Notes: a model not told the origin generated them from the sequence alone. A stretch of DNA of 64,000 bases from an uncultured Bradymonadales bacterium (GCA_964566695.1 CAZMJS010000008.1:1166-65165); one strand, 5' to 3'. Positions 9,987-20,495 are shown, counted from the first letter of the stretch. Translations and numbers: made by a program.

Positions 9987-10771
9987 TCCCCCAAATCCGG
10001 AGCCATACCACCGATGCCCTGGCGCTCCATATAGGCCATCACCTCTTTAAAGATCCCGTGCCATATCGCCAGCTCTCGCGTATCCAGTCGCGCCCTCAAA
10101 AAGACGCTGCGAACGCTGCGCATGATATGCTCCCGGCCGTCGCTCTTAAAGAACTCGATGGCCTCCAGCGCCGCCTCCGCGCGCTCGAACATCCTCTCCA
10201 CGCCTCCCATCGCTGCCTTGTCAAACTCGCTCTCCGCTTCGTGTTTCTCCAGCCCCTGCCCCTCTTCAATCCCCTGGGCTTCCCGCGACAACTCCCACAT
10301 CAATAGCGTCACCGCCTGGCCCAGATTGAGAGAACTATAGTCTGGGTTCGTCGGCACCGTCACCATGGCGTGGCAGCGATCCAAACAGGCATTATCCAGG
10401 CCACTATCCTCCCGACCGAATAAGATGGCCACTCGCCCTGGCGCTGTCTCCCGAAGCACCGTCCTGGCTGCTTGCCTCGGTTCCAGGACTTTCCATGTCG
10501 CCGATCGCCGGCGCGCCGTCATTCCCAGGGTCAATACGCAATCCTCGAGGGCGGCGTCCAAGTCTTGATAGCGCTCAATATCGCCCACCACATCTTCGCA
10601 GCGCGGCGCACTGATGCATATCTTGCCCGGATCGGCCGACGCCGGACGCACCAGCCGTAGCGTGCTGACCCCGAAATTTCGCATCGCCCTTAGTGCCGTG
10701 CCAATATTGATATCGTCCTGGGGCTCCACCAGGACCACCACCACCTCTTCCAGGCCTTGTCCATCCATCAT
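9962..10771 (-). CDS. trmJ: SpoU/TrmH-family RNA 2'-O-methyltransferase (TrmJ-like)
   Basis: 269 aa; VVLVEPQDDINIGTALRAMRNFGV...ILFGREDSGL...SLNLGQAV, with a C-terminal extension as in TrmJ. Confidence 0.75.
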   Translation of the reverse strand: MMDGQGLEEVVVVLVEPQDDINIGTALRAMRNFGVSTLRLVRPASADPGKICISAPRCEDVVGDIERYQDLDAALEDCVLTLGMTARRRSATWKVLEPRQAARTVLRETAPGRVAILFGREDSGLDNACLDRCHAMVTVPTNPDYSSLNLGQAVTLLMWELSREAQGIEEGQGLEKHEAESEFDKAAMGGVERMFERAEAALEAIEFFKSDGREHIMRSVRSVFLRARLDTRELAIWHGIFKEVMAYMERQGIGGMAPDLGDQSSETKQ

Positions 10772-10787
10772 TCATCTCGCGCTCAAT

Positions 10788-10815
10788 AGAAAACCCGCTC
10801 ATCTATATGAGCGGG
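10788..10815 (-). terminator. Rho-independent terminator after ftsZ
   Basis: CCCGCUCAU, AUAG loop, AUGAGCGGG, then UUUUCUAUU on the minus-strand RNA. It lies 31 nt after the ftsZ stop. Confidence 0.8.
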
Positions 10816-10846
10816 CCCGTTACACCATCCACTGACTCACACTAGC

Positions 10847-12166
10847 TCAGGAGTCACGATTTTTTTTTCGGAGAAAGGTCGGCACATCGATCTCTTCCTC
10901 TTCATCTGAACTCAAGCCCCCCCGGGGGTTGGTTTTGGGCTTGTTTCGGATAAACGACGCTCGCCGCTTGCGAACACCGCTGGACTCTTTTTTGCCCTCG
11001 CCACCGCTGCCCACGGCCGGGTGGGACCCCGTCGTATTGCGGCGAGGTCGCTCCCGCGACTCGCTTTCGACCTCCGCCACCTCTTCGCTTCGGCTTTCGT
11101 TGCTCCGGCTGGCACTGGTGCGACTCTGGCTCCGACTGCGCCTTAGCGTCTCATCTCGTCGGCCTCGCATCTCCTCAAATCGCCCCCGCTCGCTTCGCTG
11201 CCCCACATCAAAGCCTGTGGCGATCACCGTGACCATCAACTCGTCGGCCATATCTTCCTCGACGACGTTGCCAAAGATAATATTGGCATCCTCGTGCGCC
11301 GCCTCCTCCACCAACATCATGGCGTCGTTGACCTCCGTCAGCGTCACGTCCGTGCCCCCCGTAATATTGATCAGGATGCCCGTGGCTCCCTCGATGGACA
11401 CATCCTCCAGAAGCGGCGAGGAGATGGCCATATCCGCCGCCTCGATGGCTCGCGATGGGCCAGAGGCCCGACCGCTGCCCATCAATGCCAACCCCTTGTC
11501 CGTCATGATCGTTCGCACATCGGCGAAGTCCACGTTAACCAAACCGCGCACCGTGATCAGATCGGAGATGCCTTGCACGGCGTGGAGCAACACCTCGTCA
11601 GCCTTCTTAAAGGCCTCCAGCATCGTTGTCTGCTCGCCGGCGATCGCCAGCAATCGCTGGTTGGGAATCGTGATCAACGTGTCCACCGACTCCGCGAGGT
11701 TTTCGATCCCCTCTTCGGCCTGCCGGCGTCGACGACGCCCTTCAAAGCGAAAGGGCTTGGTCACCACCCCCACCGTCAGTGCGCCCATATCCTTGGCCAC
11801 ACCGGCGATAATGGGCGCCGCGCCCGTTCCTGTGCCGCCTCCCATCCCGGCCGTCACAAAGACCATATCAGCCCCCTGGAGGGACTCGGCGATACGGGTC
11901 TGATCCTCGATCGCCGAGTTGCGTCCCTTTTCGGGATCCGCCCCGGCGCCGAGGCCGTCGGTCAGCGCTTCTCCGAGCTGGATTTTCAGGGGAGCCAGAT
12001 TCGTCTCCAGCGCCTGGAGATCCGTATTGGCCGCGATAAATTCCACGCTGGAGACCCCCTCGGTGATCATCGTGTTGATGGCGTTGCCACCACCACCTCC
12101 CACCCCGATCACCTTGATATTGGCCGCCTGTGGCACTTCGGCGTCGTCAAACTCGAGCATACCCAT
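10847..12166 (-). CDS. ftsZ: cell division GTPase FtsZ
   Basis: [11 protein letters not shown] and [10 protein letters not shown] tubulin signature, long Ser/Arg-rich linker, conserved C-terminal peptide DVPTFLRKK. Confidence 0.98.
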   Translation of the reverse strand: MGMLEFDDAEVPQAANIKVIGVGGGGGNAINTMITEGVSSVEFIAANTDLQALETNLAPLKIQLGEALTDGLGAGADPEKGRNSAIEDQTRIAESLQGADMVFVTAGMGGGTGTGAAPIIAGVAKDMGALTVGVVTKPFRFEGRRRRRQAEEGIENLAESVDTLITIPNQRLLAIAGEQTTMLEAFKKADEVLLHAVQGISDLITVRGLVNVDFADVRTIMTDKGLALMGSGRASGPSRAIEAADMAISSPLLEDVSIEGATGILINITGGTDVTLTEVNDAMMLVEEAAHEDANIIFGNVVEEDMADELMVTVIATGFDVGQRSERGRFEEMRGRRDETLRRSRSQSRTSASRSNESRSEEVAEVESESRERPRRNTTGSHPAVGSGGEGKKESSGVRKRRASFIRNKPKTNPRGGLSSDEEEEIDVPTFLRKKNRDS

Positions 12167-12395
12167 TACCCTGGACTGCTGGAAAACCGTTGTCTTCGCA
12201 ATTGATTTCGTGGCGTCGCCGCCGTTGAGGCCCTCTCGATCTTCGTTCGCGGCTCATCCCGTCGGCACCGCCGGACGCTACCACTGCCCGGCCTATTTCT
12301 TCAAGATCGAAGTGCCTTCAGGGTCTGCCCACCGATCGCCCTTTGACCATGAACCGATCCCGTCCGGTCACCATTCCTTCCTACCCATCGGCGAC

Positions 12396-13625
12396 TCAAA
12401 ACATCTGCGTAAACCATTGTCGTACTTTCCCCATCATCCGGTGATAGACCCCATCGCCATCCGTGTCGTAATAATCGCCGCCCCCGCCGCGCGCCCCGTA
12501 CTCCACCAGCCCCACGCCTGTCGCAAATTTGGGATCTCGCACCACGTCCACCAACCCACCCACATCTTGTGGCTTTCCTCGACGCACCGGAACCCCCAGC
12601 ACTTCCTCTGCCAGGTCCGGCATGTGGTCCAAAATCGTGGTGCCACCGGTGATGACCACCCCACCGGCGATCATGTCCTGGCACCCCGACTCCTCGATCT
12701 CACGGGCCACGTAGGCAAAGATCTCCTCCACGCGGGGCTCCACGATCTCACTGAGGATCTCGCGGCTCAACACCCGAGGCGGTCGTCCTCCCACCGAGGG
12801 CACCTCGATCGTCTCCTCCGGACTCACCCGCGTCGTCAGCGCGCTTCCGAATCGCTGCTTGATCGTCTCCGCCTCCGCCATCGGCGTGCGCAGCCCCACC
12901 GCTATATCGTTGGTCAAATGATTGCCCCCCATCGATAGCACGGCCGTGTGAATCAGGCTTCCCTGATTATAAATGGCGATATCCGTCGTCCCACCGCCGA
13001 TGTCCACCACCGCCACACCCAGTTCTTTTTCATCTTCATCGAGCACCGCTTCACTGCTGGCTAATTGCTCCAGGACAATATCGGCCACCTCCAACCCGCA
13101 CGCCCGAGCGCATTTGATAATATTTTCCACGCTCGTCACTGCCGCCGTGACCACGTGCACCTTGGCTTCCAGTCGCACGCCGGTCATCCCCAGCGGTTCC
13201 TTTATCCCATCCTGATCGTCGATGATATACTCCTGCGGGATCACGTGCAGCACCTGACGATCCATGGGAATCGCCACCGCACGGGCGGCGTCTACCACGC
13301 GCTCCAGATCGCCTCGATCGACCTCTTTCTCCTTATTGACCGCCACAATCCCATGGGAGTTAAACCCCTGAATATGGCCTCCTGCGATGCCAGCATAGAC
13401 CTCATTGACCTCGCAACCGGCCATTAGCTCCGCCTCCTCCACCGCTTTTCGGATGGAGTTGATCGTCGCGTCAATATTGATGACCACCCCTTTTCTCAGG
13501 CCCTTCGAGGGATGGGACCCGATCCCGATGATATTGATCCCATCCTCTTTCACCTCCCCGATGATGCAGGCGATCTTGGTGGTTCCTATATCGAGTCCTG
13601 CGATAATTTCTGACTGTCGGCTCAT
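12396..13625 (-). CDS. ftsA: cell division protein FtsA
   Basis: 409 aa actin-fold protein; IIAGLDIGTTKIACIIGE...VVDIGGGTTDIAIY. Confidence 0.95.
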   Translation of the reverse strand: MSRQSEIIAGLDIGTTKIACIIGEVKEDGINIIGIGSHPSKGLRKGVVINIDATINSIRKAVEEAELMAGCEVNEVYAGIAGGHIQGFNSHGIVAVNKEKEVDRGDLERVVDAARAVAIPMDRQVLHVIPQEYIIDDQDGIKEPLGMTGVRLEAKVHVVTAAVTSVENIIKCARACGLEVADIVLEQLASSEAVLDEDEKELGVAVVDIGGGTTDIAIYNQGSLIHTAVLSMGGNHLTNDIAVGLRTPMAEAETIKQRFGSALTTRVSPEETIEVPSVGGRPPRVLSREILSEIVEPRVEEIFAYVAREIEESGCQDMIAGGVVITGGTTILDHMPDLAEEVLGVPVRRGKPQDVGGLVDVVRDPKFATGVGLVEYGARGGGGDYYDTDGDGVYHRMMGKVRQWFTQMF

Positions 13626-13776
13626 CTGCTCTTACCTTCCTTGGTATCGGTGCGCTGCCGATTCTCTCGGCCCGGCTCAACCTTGTCCCGGCCTGACTCC
13701 ATGCCATCGACGGCGCCACCGTTTTTACCTGCTAAATAACAATCAAATAACTGACGAATATCCTCGGCCCTGTGCC

Positions 13777-14643
13777 CTAAGGGTCGATCCTCGACGGGCC
13801 ACTCCCTGGCTCCGTGCGTTGACCGACGGCCACCCGATCGATCTCACTTTCGTGATCGATCAGGACATAACTTGGATCCACCTCTCGCTCCTCGAGCGTT
13901 CGACGAATTTGCTTCCATCGCTCCAGCCTCTCCGTCCACCGATCGTGGCCCAGGCGAATCTCAATCGCCTCCGGGCCCACGACCAGTGATAGACCCAGCA
14001 ATTCATCGACGTGAATCTCGCTGATCTCCTCCTTGTCCTCCAAACCCAACTCCTCATAAATCTCATAGACCTCCATGGCATCTTTTAGTTGTCGTCGCCC
14101 TTCATCGGTCTCCATCGTCGCCCGGCTCAGCCCCGAGACCAGGGGCAAACTCCACAAATCGACGTGTGGACGCGCGGCGTCCAATTCCACAACCGGACGC
14201 CCCTCTTCATCGACGAGCCAAAACCCATCGTCGATCATGATCGCCACCGGCTCGTGCTCCTCGATGGAGATATAGAGCCGATCCGGAAAGCGCCGGCGCA
14301 CCTGGGCTTTCTCGATGAACGGAAGCCCCTCCAACGTCGCCTCCAACTGCTCCGACTGCACGTTGAATAGGTGCTCCCCGCCCATGGGATCCGCCGCATC
14401 CAGCAGGGCGTCTTCATCCAGGTAATGCAACCCCTCCACATCGACATAGGTCAGCGCCAGCGCATCGCTTTCCATGACGGCGTCGTAGCCCCACATGCTC
14501 AACATCGGAACCCCCACCGCCACGGCCGCGATCGCCGCACCATAGCCCACCCGGCGGGCCCATCGGGCCACCCTTTGGCGTCGCTCCTGACGCCGCTGCT
14601 CCGGGCTGCGGCGCCGTCGGTTTTTCTTCGACGATCCAAACAC
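13777..14643 (-). CDS. ftsQ: cell division protein FtsQ
   Basis: Basic N-terminus, one TM helix, POTRA-like region (VDVEGLHYLDEDALL...RRRFPDRLYISIEEHEPVA). Sits in the canonical position upstream of ftsA. Confidence 0.85.
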   Translation of the reverse strand: MFGSSKKNRRRRSPEQRRQERRQRVARWARRVGYGAAIAAVAVGVPMLSMWGYDAVMESDALALTYVDVEGLHYLDEDALLDAADPMGGEHLFNVQSEQLEATLEGLPFIEKAQVRRRFPDRLYISIEEHEPVAIMIDDGFWLVDEEGRPVVELDAARPHVDLWSLPLVSGLSRATMETDEGRRQLKDAMEVYEIYEELGLEDKEEISEIHVDELLGLSLVVGPEAIEIRLGHDRWTERLERWKQIRRTLEEREVDPSYVLIDHESEIDRVAVGQRTEPGSGPSRIDP

Positions 14644-14702
14644 GTCTCATCCTTGAGGAACTGCCTCGCATCCTTGCGAGTCCGTCATCTGCTAACACTC
14701 TT

Positions 14703-16718
14703 TTAGGCGCTGCCTTGATCCAGCCTTGCGGAGGCCACCATGGCCTCCACGAAGGACTCAAAACTCATGCCGCGGTGCGCCGCCAATTTGGGCACCAGGC
14801 TCGTCTCCGTCATCCCGGGAATGGTATTGACCTCCAGCATCACAGCCGCCCCCTCCTCGGTGGGATCCCCCTTAAAATCCACTCGGCACACGCCGCGGCA
14901 CCCCAATGCCTTGACCGTTTTCTCAGCCCATCGCGTCAGGGGATTGGCGATGGCCTCGTCTTCCACAATGCGATAATCCGTGCGATTGCTCTCGTACTTT
15001 GCCTCGAAGTCATAAAACTGAGCATCTGCCTCGATTTCCATGACCCCAAGGCACTCCTCGTCGAAAAACCCCACCGTATATTCTGGCCCCTCCACAAAGG
15101 CCTCCGCGAGCAGCCCCGACGAGGGCGCTTCTCCCATATTTGGCCCCAACTCTTCAATCGCCTTTTCGACCTCTTGGCGGCTACGGCACAATTCAACGCC
15201 CACACTACTGCCGCTATCGTTGAGCTTGACCACCATGGGTAACCCCAGATCATCGATCCAGGCCTTCGCCACCCTGGTGACGTCGCCCGAATTCCAGGTA
15301 CGGATCCGTCTGCCCGGCGCCACGGGCACCCCCACGCTATGCGCCATTTCACGGGCCCGCCACTTATCCATGGCCAACGCCGATGCCAACACCCCACTTC
15401 CCGTATAAGGGATGCCCAAACTCTCTAGATATCCCTGGAGCGCTCCCGATTCTCCCAGCCCGCCATGGATCCCCAGAAGCGCGACTTCCGGTGACCTCTT
15501 CGCCACCTTCTCCAACCCCTCGGACACATCAAACACCTCCACTTCATACCCCAGGGTTCGAAGGGCCTCCTCGAAGGCCTCTCCCGTCTTCAGGCTAATG
15601 GCACGCTCCGCCGAATCTCCGCCCGTGAGCAATCCCACCAAGCGCTCTCGACTGGATTGTCGCAACGCGTCTTCCATCTCTTTCATCCGTCGCTCTCCAT
15701 CGAACCCAACAAATTTCACCTCCGGCCGAAGCTCCCGGCCGTAGCGCGTCCGCACCACGTGCCGAGCCAGAGCCATCAGTCGCAAAAAATCCTCGCTCGT
15801 CGCATCGCCTTCGTTAATAAAGAAGTTTCCGTGGGTCTCGCTGATTCGAGCCCCACCGATGCCATGCCCCTTCAGCCCCGCCGCGTCGATCAAACGTCCC
15901 GCGTAGTCGCCCGGTGGGTTGGCGAAGGTGCTTCCCACGCTGGCCAACCGATAGGGCTGGGTGGCGTCACGTCGCGCTCGGTCCTTTCTCATCTCAGCCC
16001 GCGCCGCTTCCACATCGCCGCGCCTGACCTCCAGCTCGAGGGCCATTACAATGGCCCGCCGGGGAAGATCGCAGTGGCGATAACTCATCGCCAATTGGCT
16101 GGACTCCCAGGTGACCTGGCGCCACCGCCCATCGCCATCGTCCACCGCCAGTGTCGCTGACTCCAAGATATCGACCAGCTCCCCCTCTTTGGTGCCTGCA
16201 TTCAACGCCACGGCGCCTCCCAGTGTCCCCGGGATGAGCTTGAGAAATTCATGACCGACCCACCCCTCTTCCAACAAGCCTCGGACAATATGGGCGTTGA
16301 CCACCCCCGCACCAGCCCTCAATCGCCCTCTCCCATCGGGCTTATCCCACGTGGCCAGATCCCCCACCAGCTTGATCACCGGCGACTCGATCCCCTCATC
16401 GGGAAATAGGGTATTGCTCCCCAGTCCCACGACATGCACCGCCGCATCGCCGATGATGTCCAGCGCCGACATCAGATCGGCTTCCGTCGCCACTTCCAGC
16501 CAATGACTGGCCGGGCCTCCAATACGCAGCGACGAGCGCTTCGACAGCGCTACCCTGCGCCGATACACACTCTTCTCGTCACTGCCCTCCGCCCATCCCC
16601 GAAGTTCCTCTTCGAAGGCAGTATCATCCTTATGTACGACCGCTCGCTGTGCCACTGAAGTTCCCTCTGTGATCGTCTCGACGCCCTTTACAATGGCATG
16701 CCAGACGGTCCCTCGCAA
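14703..16718 (-). CDS. fused UDP-N-acetylenolpyruvoylglucosamine reductase / D-alanine--D-alanine ligase (MurB-Ddl)
   Basis: Single 671-aa ORF. The N-terminal half is MurB-like (SLRIGGPA...GLGSNTLF...VGSTFANPPGDYAGRLID...GGARISETHGNFFIN). The C-terminal half is Ddl-like (GGDSAERAISLKTG...LGIPYTGSG...VVKLNDSGSSVGV...MLEVNTIPGMT). Confidence 0.85.
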   Translation of the reverse strand: MRGTVWHAIVKGVETITEGTSVAQRAVVHKDDTAFEEELRGWAEGSDEKSVYRRRVALSKRSSLRIGGPASHWLEVATEADLMSALDIIGDAAVHVVGLGSNTLFPDEGIESPVIKLVGDLATWDKPDGRGRLRAGAGVVNAHIVRGLLEEGWVGHEFLKLIPGTLGGAVALNAGTKEGELVDILESATLAVDDGDGRWRQVTWESSQLAMSYRHCDLPRRAIVMALELEVRRGDVEAARAEMRKDRARRDATQPYRLASVGSTFANPPGDYAGRLIDAAGLKGHGIGGARISETHGNFFINEGDATSEDFLRLMALARHVVRTRYGRELRPEVKFVGFDGERRMKEMEDALRQSSRERLVGLLTGGDSAERAISLKTGEAFEEALRTLGYEVEVFDVSEGLEKVAKRSPEVALLGIHGGLGESGALQGYLESLGIPYTGSGVLASALAMDKWRAREMAHSVGVPVAPGRRIRTWNSGDVTRVAKAWIDDLGLPMVVKLNDSGSSVGVELCRSRQEVEKAIEELGPNMGEAPSSGLLAEAFVEGPEYTVGFFDEECLGVMEIEADAQFYDFEAKYESNRTDYRIVEDEAIANPLTRWAEKTVKALGCRGVCRVDFKGDPTEEGAAVMLEVNTIPGMTETSLVPKLAAHRGMSFESFVEAMVASARLDQGSA

Positions 16719-16884
16719 CCCCCGAAAACCCTGGGCAAAAACCCACCAAAACCCATATAAAACAACCCCTTACCGCCGTTCCCTGAACCGGAAAACAAGG
16801 GAATTTATCACCCCTAAAGTTATTTCTAGACCTTGGACAAATACTCGACTCCAGGGCTCCCCGAGACAGCCCTTGAATGAGTGG

Positions 16885-18012
16885 TCAGTCGCCCTGGGAA
16901 AGCTCAACTAATTGTTGAGCTATTTGAAACGCTGCCTCTGGTCTGGCAAGGCTCTTTGCCTGCTTTGCCATATTGACCAGCGCCGGCGGATTTCGCCGAA
17001 AGCCATTCAACAGGTTACGTATCCGATCGGAGTTGAGCTCTTCATCGCCGATCATCACTGCCGCCCCTTGTTCGACGATCGATAGCGCATTCGATCGCTG
17101 GTGATCGTCGGCTGCCGCCGGAAAAGGGACCATGATCGACGGGATCCCCAGGGTCAGCACCTCGGCAATCGTCGTTGCCCCGGCCCGACAGATCAGTAAA
17201 TCGCACCACCGATAGGCCTCTGCCATATCATCGATGAACTCAAGGACCTCCACCTTCCCCTCAAAGTCCTCATACCCGGGCTCTGCCTCCCCTGCCCGTC
17301 CATGACCCGCCTGGTGACGAACCGAAATCCCTCGACCGGCCTCTCCCAGCGAACAAAACATCGCCGGTAGCTGCTCATTGAAGCTTCCGGCGCCTCCACT
17401 TCCCCCGATGATCAATATGTGGAAATCCTCTTCCTCCGCCGGTGAGCGATACTCGAATCGCCGAGCCCTTTCCAACAAGTCGCGGCGTACCGGGTTGCCC
17501 ACCACGGCGACCTTGTCATCGCCCAAGGACATCTGGCTCGCGCTGTCCTCAAAGGTCAAGAAGGCCCGATCCACCACTCGGCTAAGGAGGCGATTGGTCA
17601 ACCCAGGGTAGGAATTTTGCTCCATCAACGCCGTGGGGATGCCCATCATCGACGCCATCATCGTCACTGGCCCGGCCGCAAAGCTTCCCACGCTCACTAC
17701 CACATCCGGCTGCAAATCCTTGAGAAGCCGACGCGCCCTCAGCGCCGACCCGGGCAGGCCCGATAGCGATTTGAGCCGCCCCCCGATGCTGCCCCCTTTG
17801 AGGGGTTGCACGTCCACAAAACTAAGATCGAACCCAAGCCCGGGGATCACTCGCGCCTCCAGGCCTTCCTCCGTTCCCACGAAGGTCACCCGGTGGCCCT
17901 GCGCCATCTCCCTCAGCGCCTCGGCGACCGCTACGCCGGGAAATAGGTGGCCCCCCGTCTTTCCCCCTGCAATCACAACATGGATGCCCGCTCCGTCGCC
18001 TTCCTGTACCAT
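16885..18012 (-). CDS. murG: UDP-N-acetylglucosamine--LPS/lipid I N-acetylglucosamine transferase MurG
   Basis: VVIAGGKTGGHLFPGVAVAEAL...GGSGGA...RAGATTIAE. Confidence 0.95.
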   Translation of the reverse strand: MVQEGDGAGIHVVIAGGKTGGHLFPGVAVAEALREMAQGHRVTFVGTEEGLEARVIPGLGFDLSFVDVQPLKGGSIGGRLKSLSGLPGSALRARRLLKDLQPDVVVSVGSFAAGPVTMMASMMGIPTALMEQNSYPGLTNRLLSRVVDRAFLTFEDSASQMSLGDDKVAVVGNPVRRDLLERARRFEYRSPAEEEDFHILIIGGSGGAGSFNEQLPAMFCSLGEAGRGISVRHQAGHGRAGEAEPGYEDFEGKVEVLEFIDDMAEAYRWCDLLICRAGATTIAEVLTLGIPSIMVPFPAAADDHQRSNALSIVEQGAAVMIGDEELNSDRIRNLLNGFRRNPPALVNMAKQAKSLARPEAAFQIAQQLVELSQGD

Positions 18013-18016
18013 ATAA

Positions 18017-19303
18017 TCAACCCTTAAGATCGTTTCGTCGCTTCAAAATACGCTGTCGCTTCTTCTTCCATTTCTTCTCTTCGCGCTCCGACTCCCGCCG
18101 CTCGCGCTCGATTTCCCACCAGTCGGGGTCGCCGCGCGAGATATTGAGCAACATTCCGATGCTATAAAGGCCGATCAACACCGAGGTACCACCGAAGCTG
18201 ACAAAAGGTAAGGTGAGACCCTTGGTGGGCAACATCCCCGTCACCACGAATAGATTGGCCGCCGCCTGCAGGGCGATCATCGCCGTCAGTCCAAACGCCA
18301 AATACATTCCAAAGCGGTCATCGGCGTTCAGGGCGATGACCACGCCCCGCCACAATATCACCAAAAATAACACGCATACCAAGACGATGCCGAAAATACC
18401 CAACTCCTCGGCAATGATGGTACCGATGAAGTCATTCCATAATTCGGGTACGTACCCCAACTTGCTGGCTCCTTGACCCAATCCCTGGCCCGACAGGCCT
18501 GCTGACCCAATGGCGATCAGCGATTCGCTGATCTGATAGCCGATATCCTGGCGGTGACTCCAGGGATCGAGGAACGCCAGGATCCGACGCATCCGATACT
18601 CACTGCCACTGATCGCAAAATAGGCCACCACACTCCCCCCCAGTGTGACCAAGAAGAGATACGATAATTTGGCGCCACTAACGAAGAGTAGAATCATCAT
18701 CAAGGCGATCAGCATCACCGCCGTGCCGAAATCTGGCTGGAGCATCAACAGCATCACCAATAGCCCGATGATCAACAAATGGGGGATAAATCCGATGGAA
18801 AAACTCCCCATCTTCTTGCCCTTCTTACTGATGGAGTACGACAGAAAAACCACGGCCGCCAGCTTGGCCACCTCCGCAGGCTGAAAGCGGAAGAACCCCA
18901 GATTGAGCCACCGCCGCGCCCCATGCTCCATGACCCCTAGCCCTGGAATGGCCACCAGCACCAGAAGAATGACCGCCCCACCCAATATCCAGTACACCAG
19001 TCGACGATACCACCGGTAGTCAAGCTGAAGTGCCACCAGCAGCCCCACAAAGCCCAGGGCGATATTTTGGCCCTGCCGCGTCATAAGCGCTGCGTGATTG
19101 CTCATGCGATCGGCGGCCATCACAGCGCTCGCCGAATAGAGCATCACCATCCCCACGCCCAGCAGGATGGTCGTCGCTAGCAATAGCCACACATCCCATG
19201 CCGGCCCGCTTTCTTCGGCCAAGCCCTGGTGCCCTGAGGCCACTTTGTTCGTCAATTTTGAGAGTAGATCTCGTGCCATCGTCGGCCCTCCGTGGCCTCT
19301 CAT
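18017..19303 (-). CDS. ftsW: SEDS-family peptidoglycan polymerase FtsW
   Basis: Multi-TM SEDS protein (...RWLNLGFFRFQPAEVAKL...PTKGLTLPFVSFGGTS). Alternative start at ATG 19279 (MARDLL). Highly charged ~40-aa C-tail. Confidence 0.9.
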   Translation of the reverse strand: MRGHGGPTMARDLLSKLTNKVASGHQGLAEESGPAWDVWLLLATTILLGVGMVMLYSASAVMAADRMSNHAALMTRQGQNIALGFVGLLVALQLDYRWYRRLVYWILGGAVILLVLVAIPGLGVMEHGARRWLNLGFFRFQPAEVAKLAAVVFLSYSISKKGKKMGSFSIGFIPHLLIIGLLVMLLMLQPDFGTAVMLIALMMILLFVSGAKLSYLFLVTLGGSVVAYFAISGSEYRMRRILAFLDPWSHRQDIGYQISESLIAIGSAGLSGQGLGQGASKLGYVPELWNDFIGTIIAEELGIFGIVLVCVLFLVILWRGVVIALNADDRFGMYLAFGLTAMIALQAAANLFVVTGMLPTKGLTLPFVSFGGTSVLIGLYSIGMLLNISRGDPDWWEIERERRESEREEKKWKKKRQRILKRRNDLKG

Positions 19304-19352
19304 TCGATGGTCGCCTCTGGCGCCTCCCCCTCTTGCGCTTCACCGACGTGTG

Positions 19353-20495
19353 TTATCTCAACTTCAAACTGGCTAATGCCACCAAGCTCAGCATAATGGC
19401 GATGATCCAAAAACGCACAATAATCTTGGGTTCGGGCCACCCTTTCATCTCAAAATGATGGTGAATGGGCGCCATTCGAAATACCCTCTTTCCCGTCAAC
19501 TTATAGCTCACCGTCTGGGTGATGACGCTCAACGCCTCCACCAAAAAGATCCCGAAGATGATCGTGGACAATAATTCGTGCTTCGTGACCACCGCCAGCG
19601 TTCCCAGGGCGCCACCCAGCGACAGGCTTCCCACATCCCCCATAAATACCTGTGCCGGGAAGGAATTATACCACAAAAACCCCGCGCCGGCCCCCACAAT
19701 AGCCGCGCAAAAGATGGCCAATTCCTGAACCCCGTCGACCTGAGGAATCATCAGATATTCGGCCACGTCAAACCGGTGAACCACCGTCGCTCCCTGACCG
19801 ATCGCCTCCTCGTAGTGCAACACCGTCCCCGAACTCCAGGCCAAGATGAGAAATGTTCCGGCCGCGATAATCACCGGGCCGATGGCCAGTCCGTCCAGCC
19901 CATCCGTTAGATTGACCGCATTGGCTGTCCCCACGATCACCATCATCGCAAAGGGCACGTAGAGCCACAGTGGAAGCTCCAGACTGAAGCGATCCGTGGC
20001 CACAAAGGGAAGGTAGAGTTCCGTGGAATAGGCAAAGACCTCGCTGTGAAACATCACCATCATCAGGGCGAATACCACCCCAAACTCTATGGCCAGACGC
20101 ATCCGACCGCTCAGCCCATCGCTATTGGCCTCCCGCAGCTTTAAGAAGTCATCGATGAACCCCACGATCGCAAAACACACCGTCACCCCCAACACCACAC
20201 CGACGTAGGGGTTTTTTAGATCCGCCCACAATAGCGTCGATATCACCACGGCAAAAAGGATCAACACCCCACCCATGGTGGGCGTGCCCGCCTTGTCAAA
20301 GTGGGACTCCGGTCCATCCTCTCGGATCACCTGCCCGATCTGCTGGGCCTGGAGCTTGCGGATGAACCAGGGGTAGAGAAAAAAGCTCACCGCCAGCGAC
20401 GTCAGCATCGCCGCCACCACCCGAAAACTGACGTAGCGAAAGACATTCAGAGGCCCGAAGCTATCTCGAAGCCAGAAAAAGAGTTCAAATAACAT
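19353..20495 (-). CDS. mraY: phospho-N-acetylmuramoyl-pentapeptide transferase MraY
   Basis: 380 aa; KAGTPTMGGVLI...NAVNLTDGLDGLA...APIHHHFE. Confidence 0.97.
   Translation of the reverse strand: MLFELFFWLRDSFGPLNVFRYVSFRVVAAMLTSLAVSFFLYPWFIRKLQAQQIGQVIREDGPESHFDKAGTPTMGGVLILFAVVISTLLWADLKNPYVGVVLGVTVCFAIVGFIDDFLKLREANSDGLSGRMRLAIEFGVVFALMMVMFHSEVFAYSTELYLPFVATDRFSLELPLWLYVPFAMMVIVGTANAVNLTDGLDGLAIGPVIIAAGTFLILAWSSGTVLHYEEAIGQGATVVHRFDVAEYLMIPQVDGVQELAIFCAAIVGAGAGFLWYNSFPAQVFMGDVGSLSLGGALGTLAVVTKHELLSTIIFGIFLVEALSVITQTVSYKLTGKRVFRMAPIHHHFEMKGWPEPKIIVRFWIIAIMLSLVALASLKLR

Noticed and set aside
10929-12938. Plus-strand ORFs of 303-339 aa opposite ftsZ/ftsA
   Set aside because: They are shadow ORFs opposite highly conserved division genes, with Ser/Pro/Arg-rich nonsense composition.
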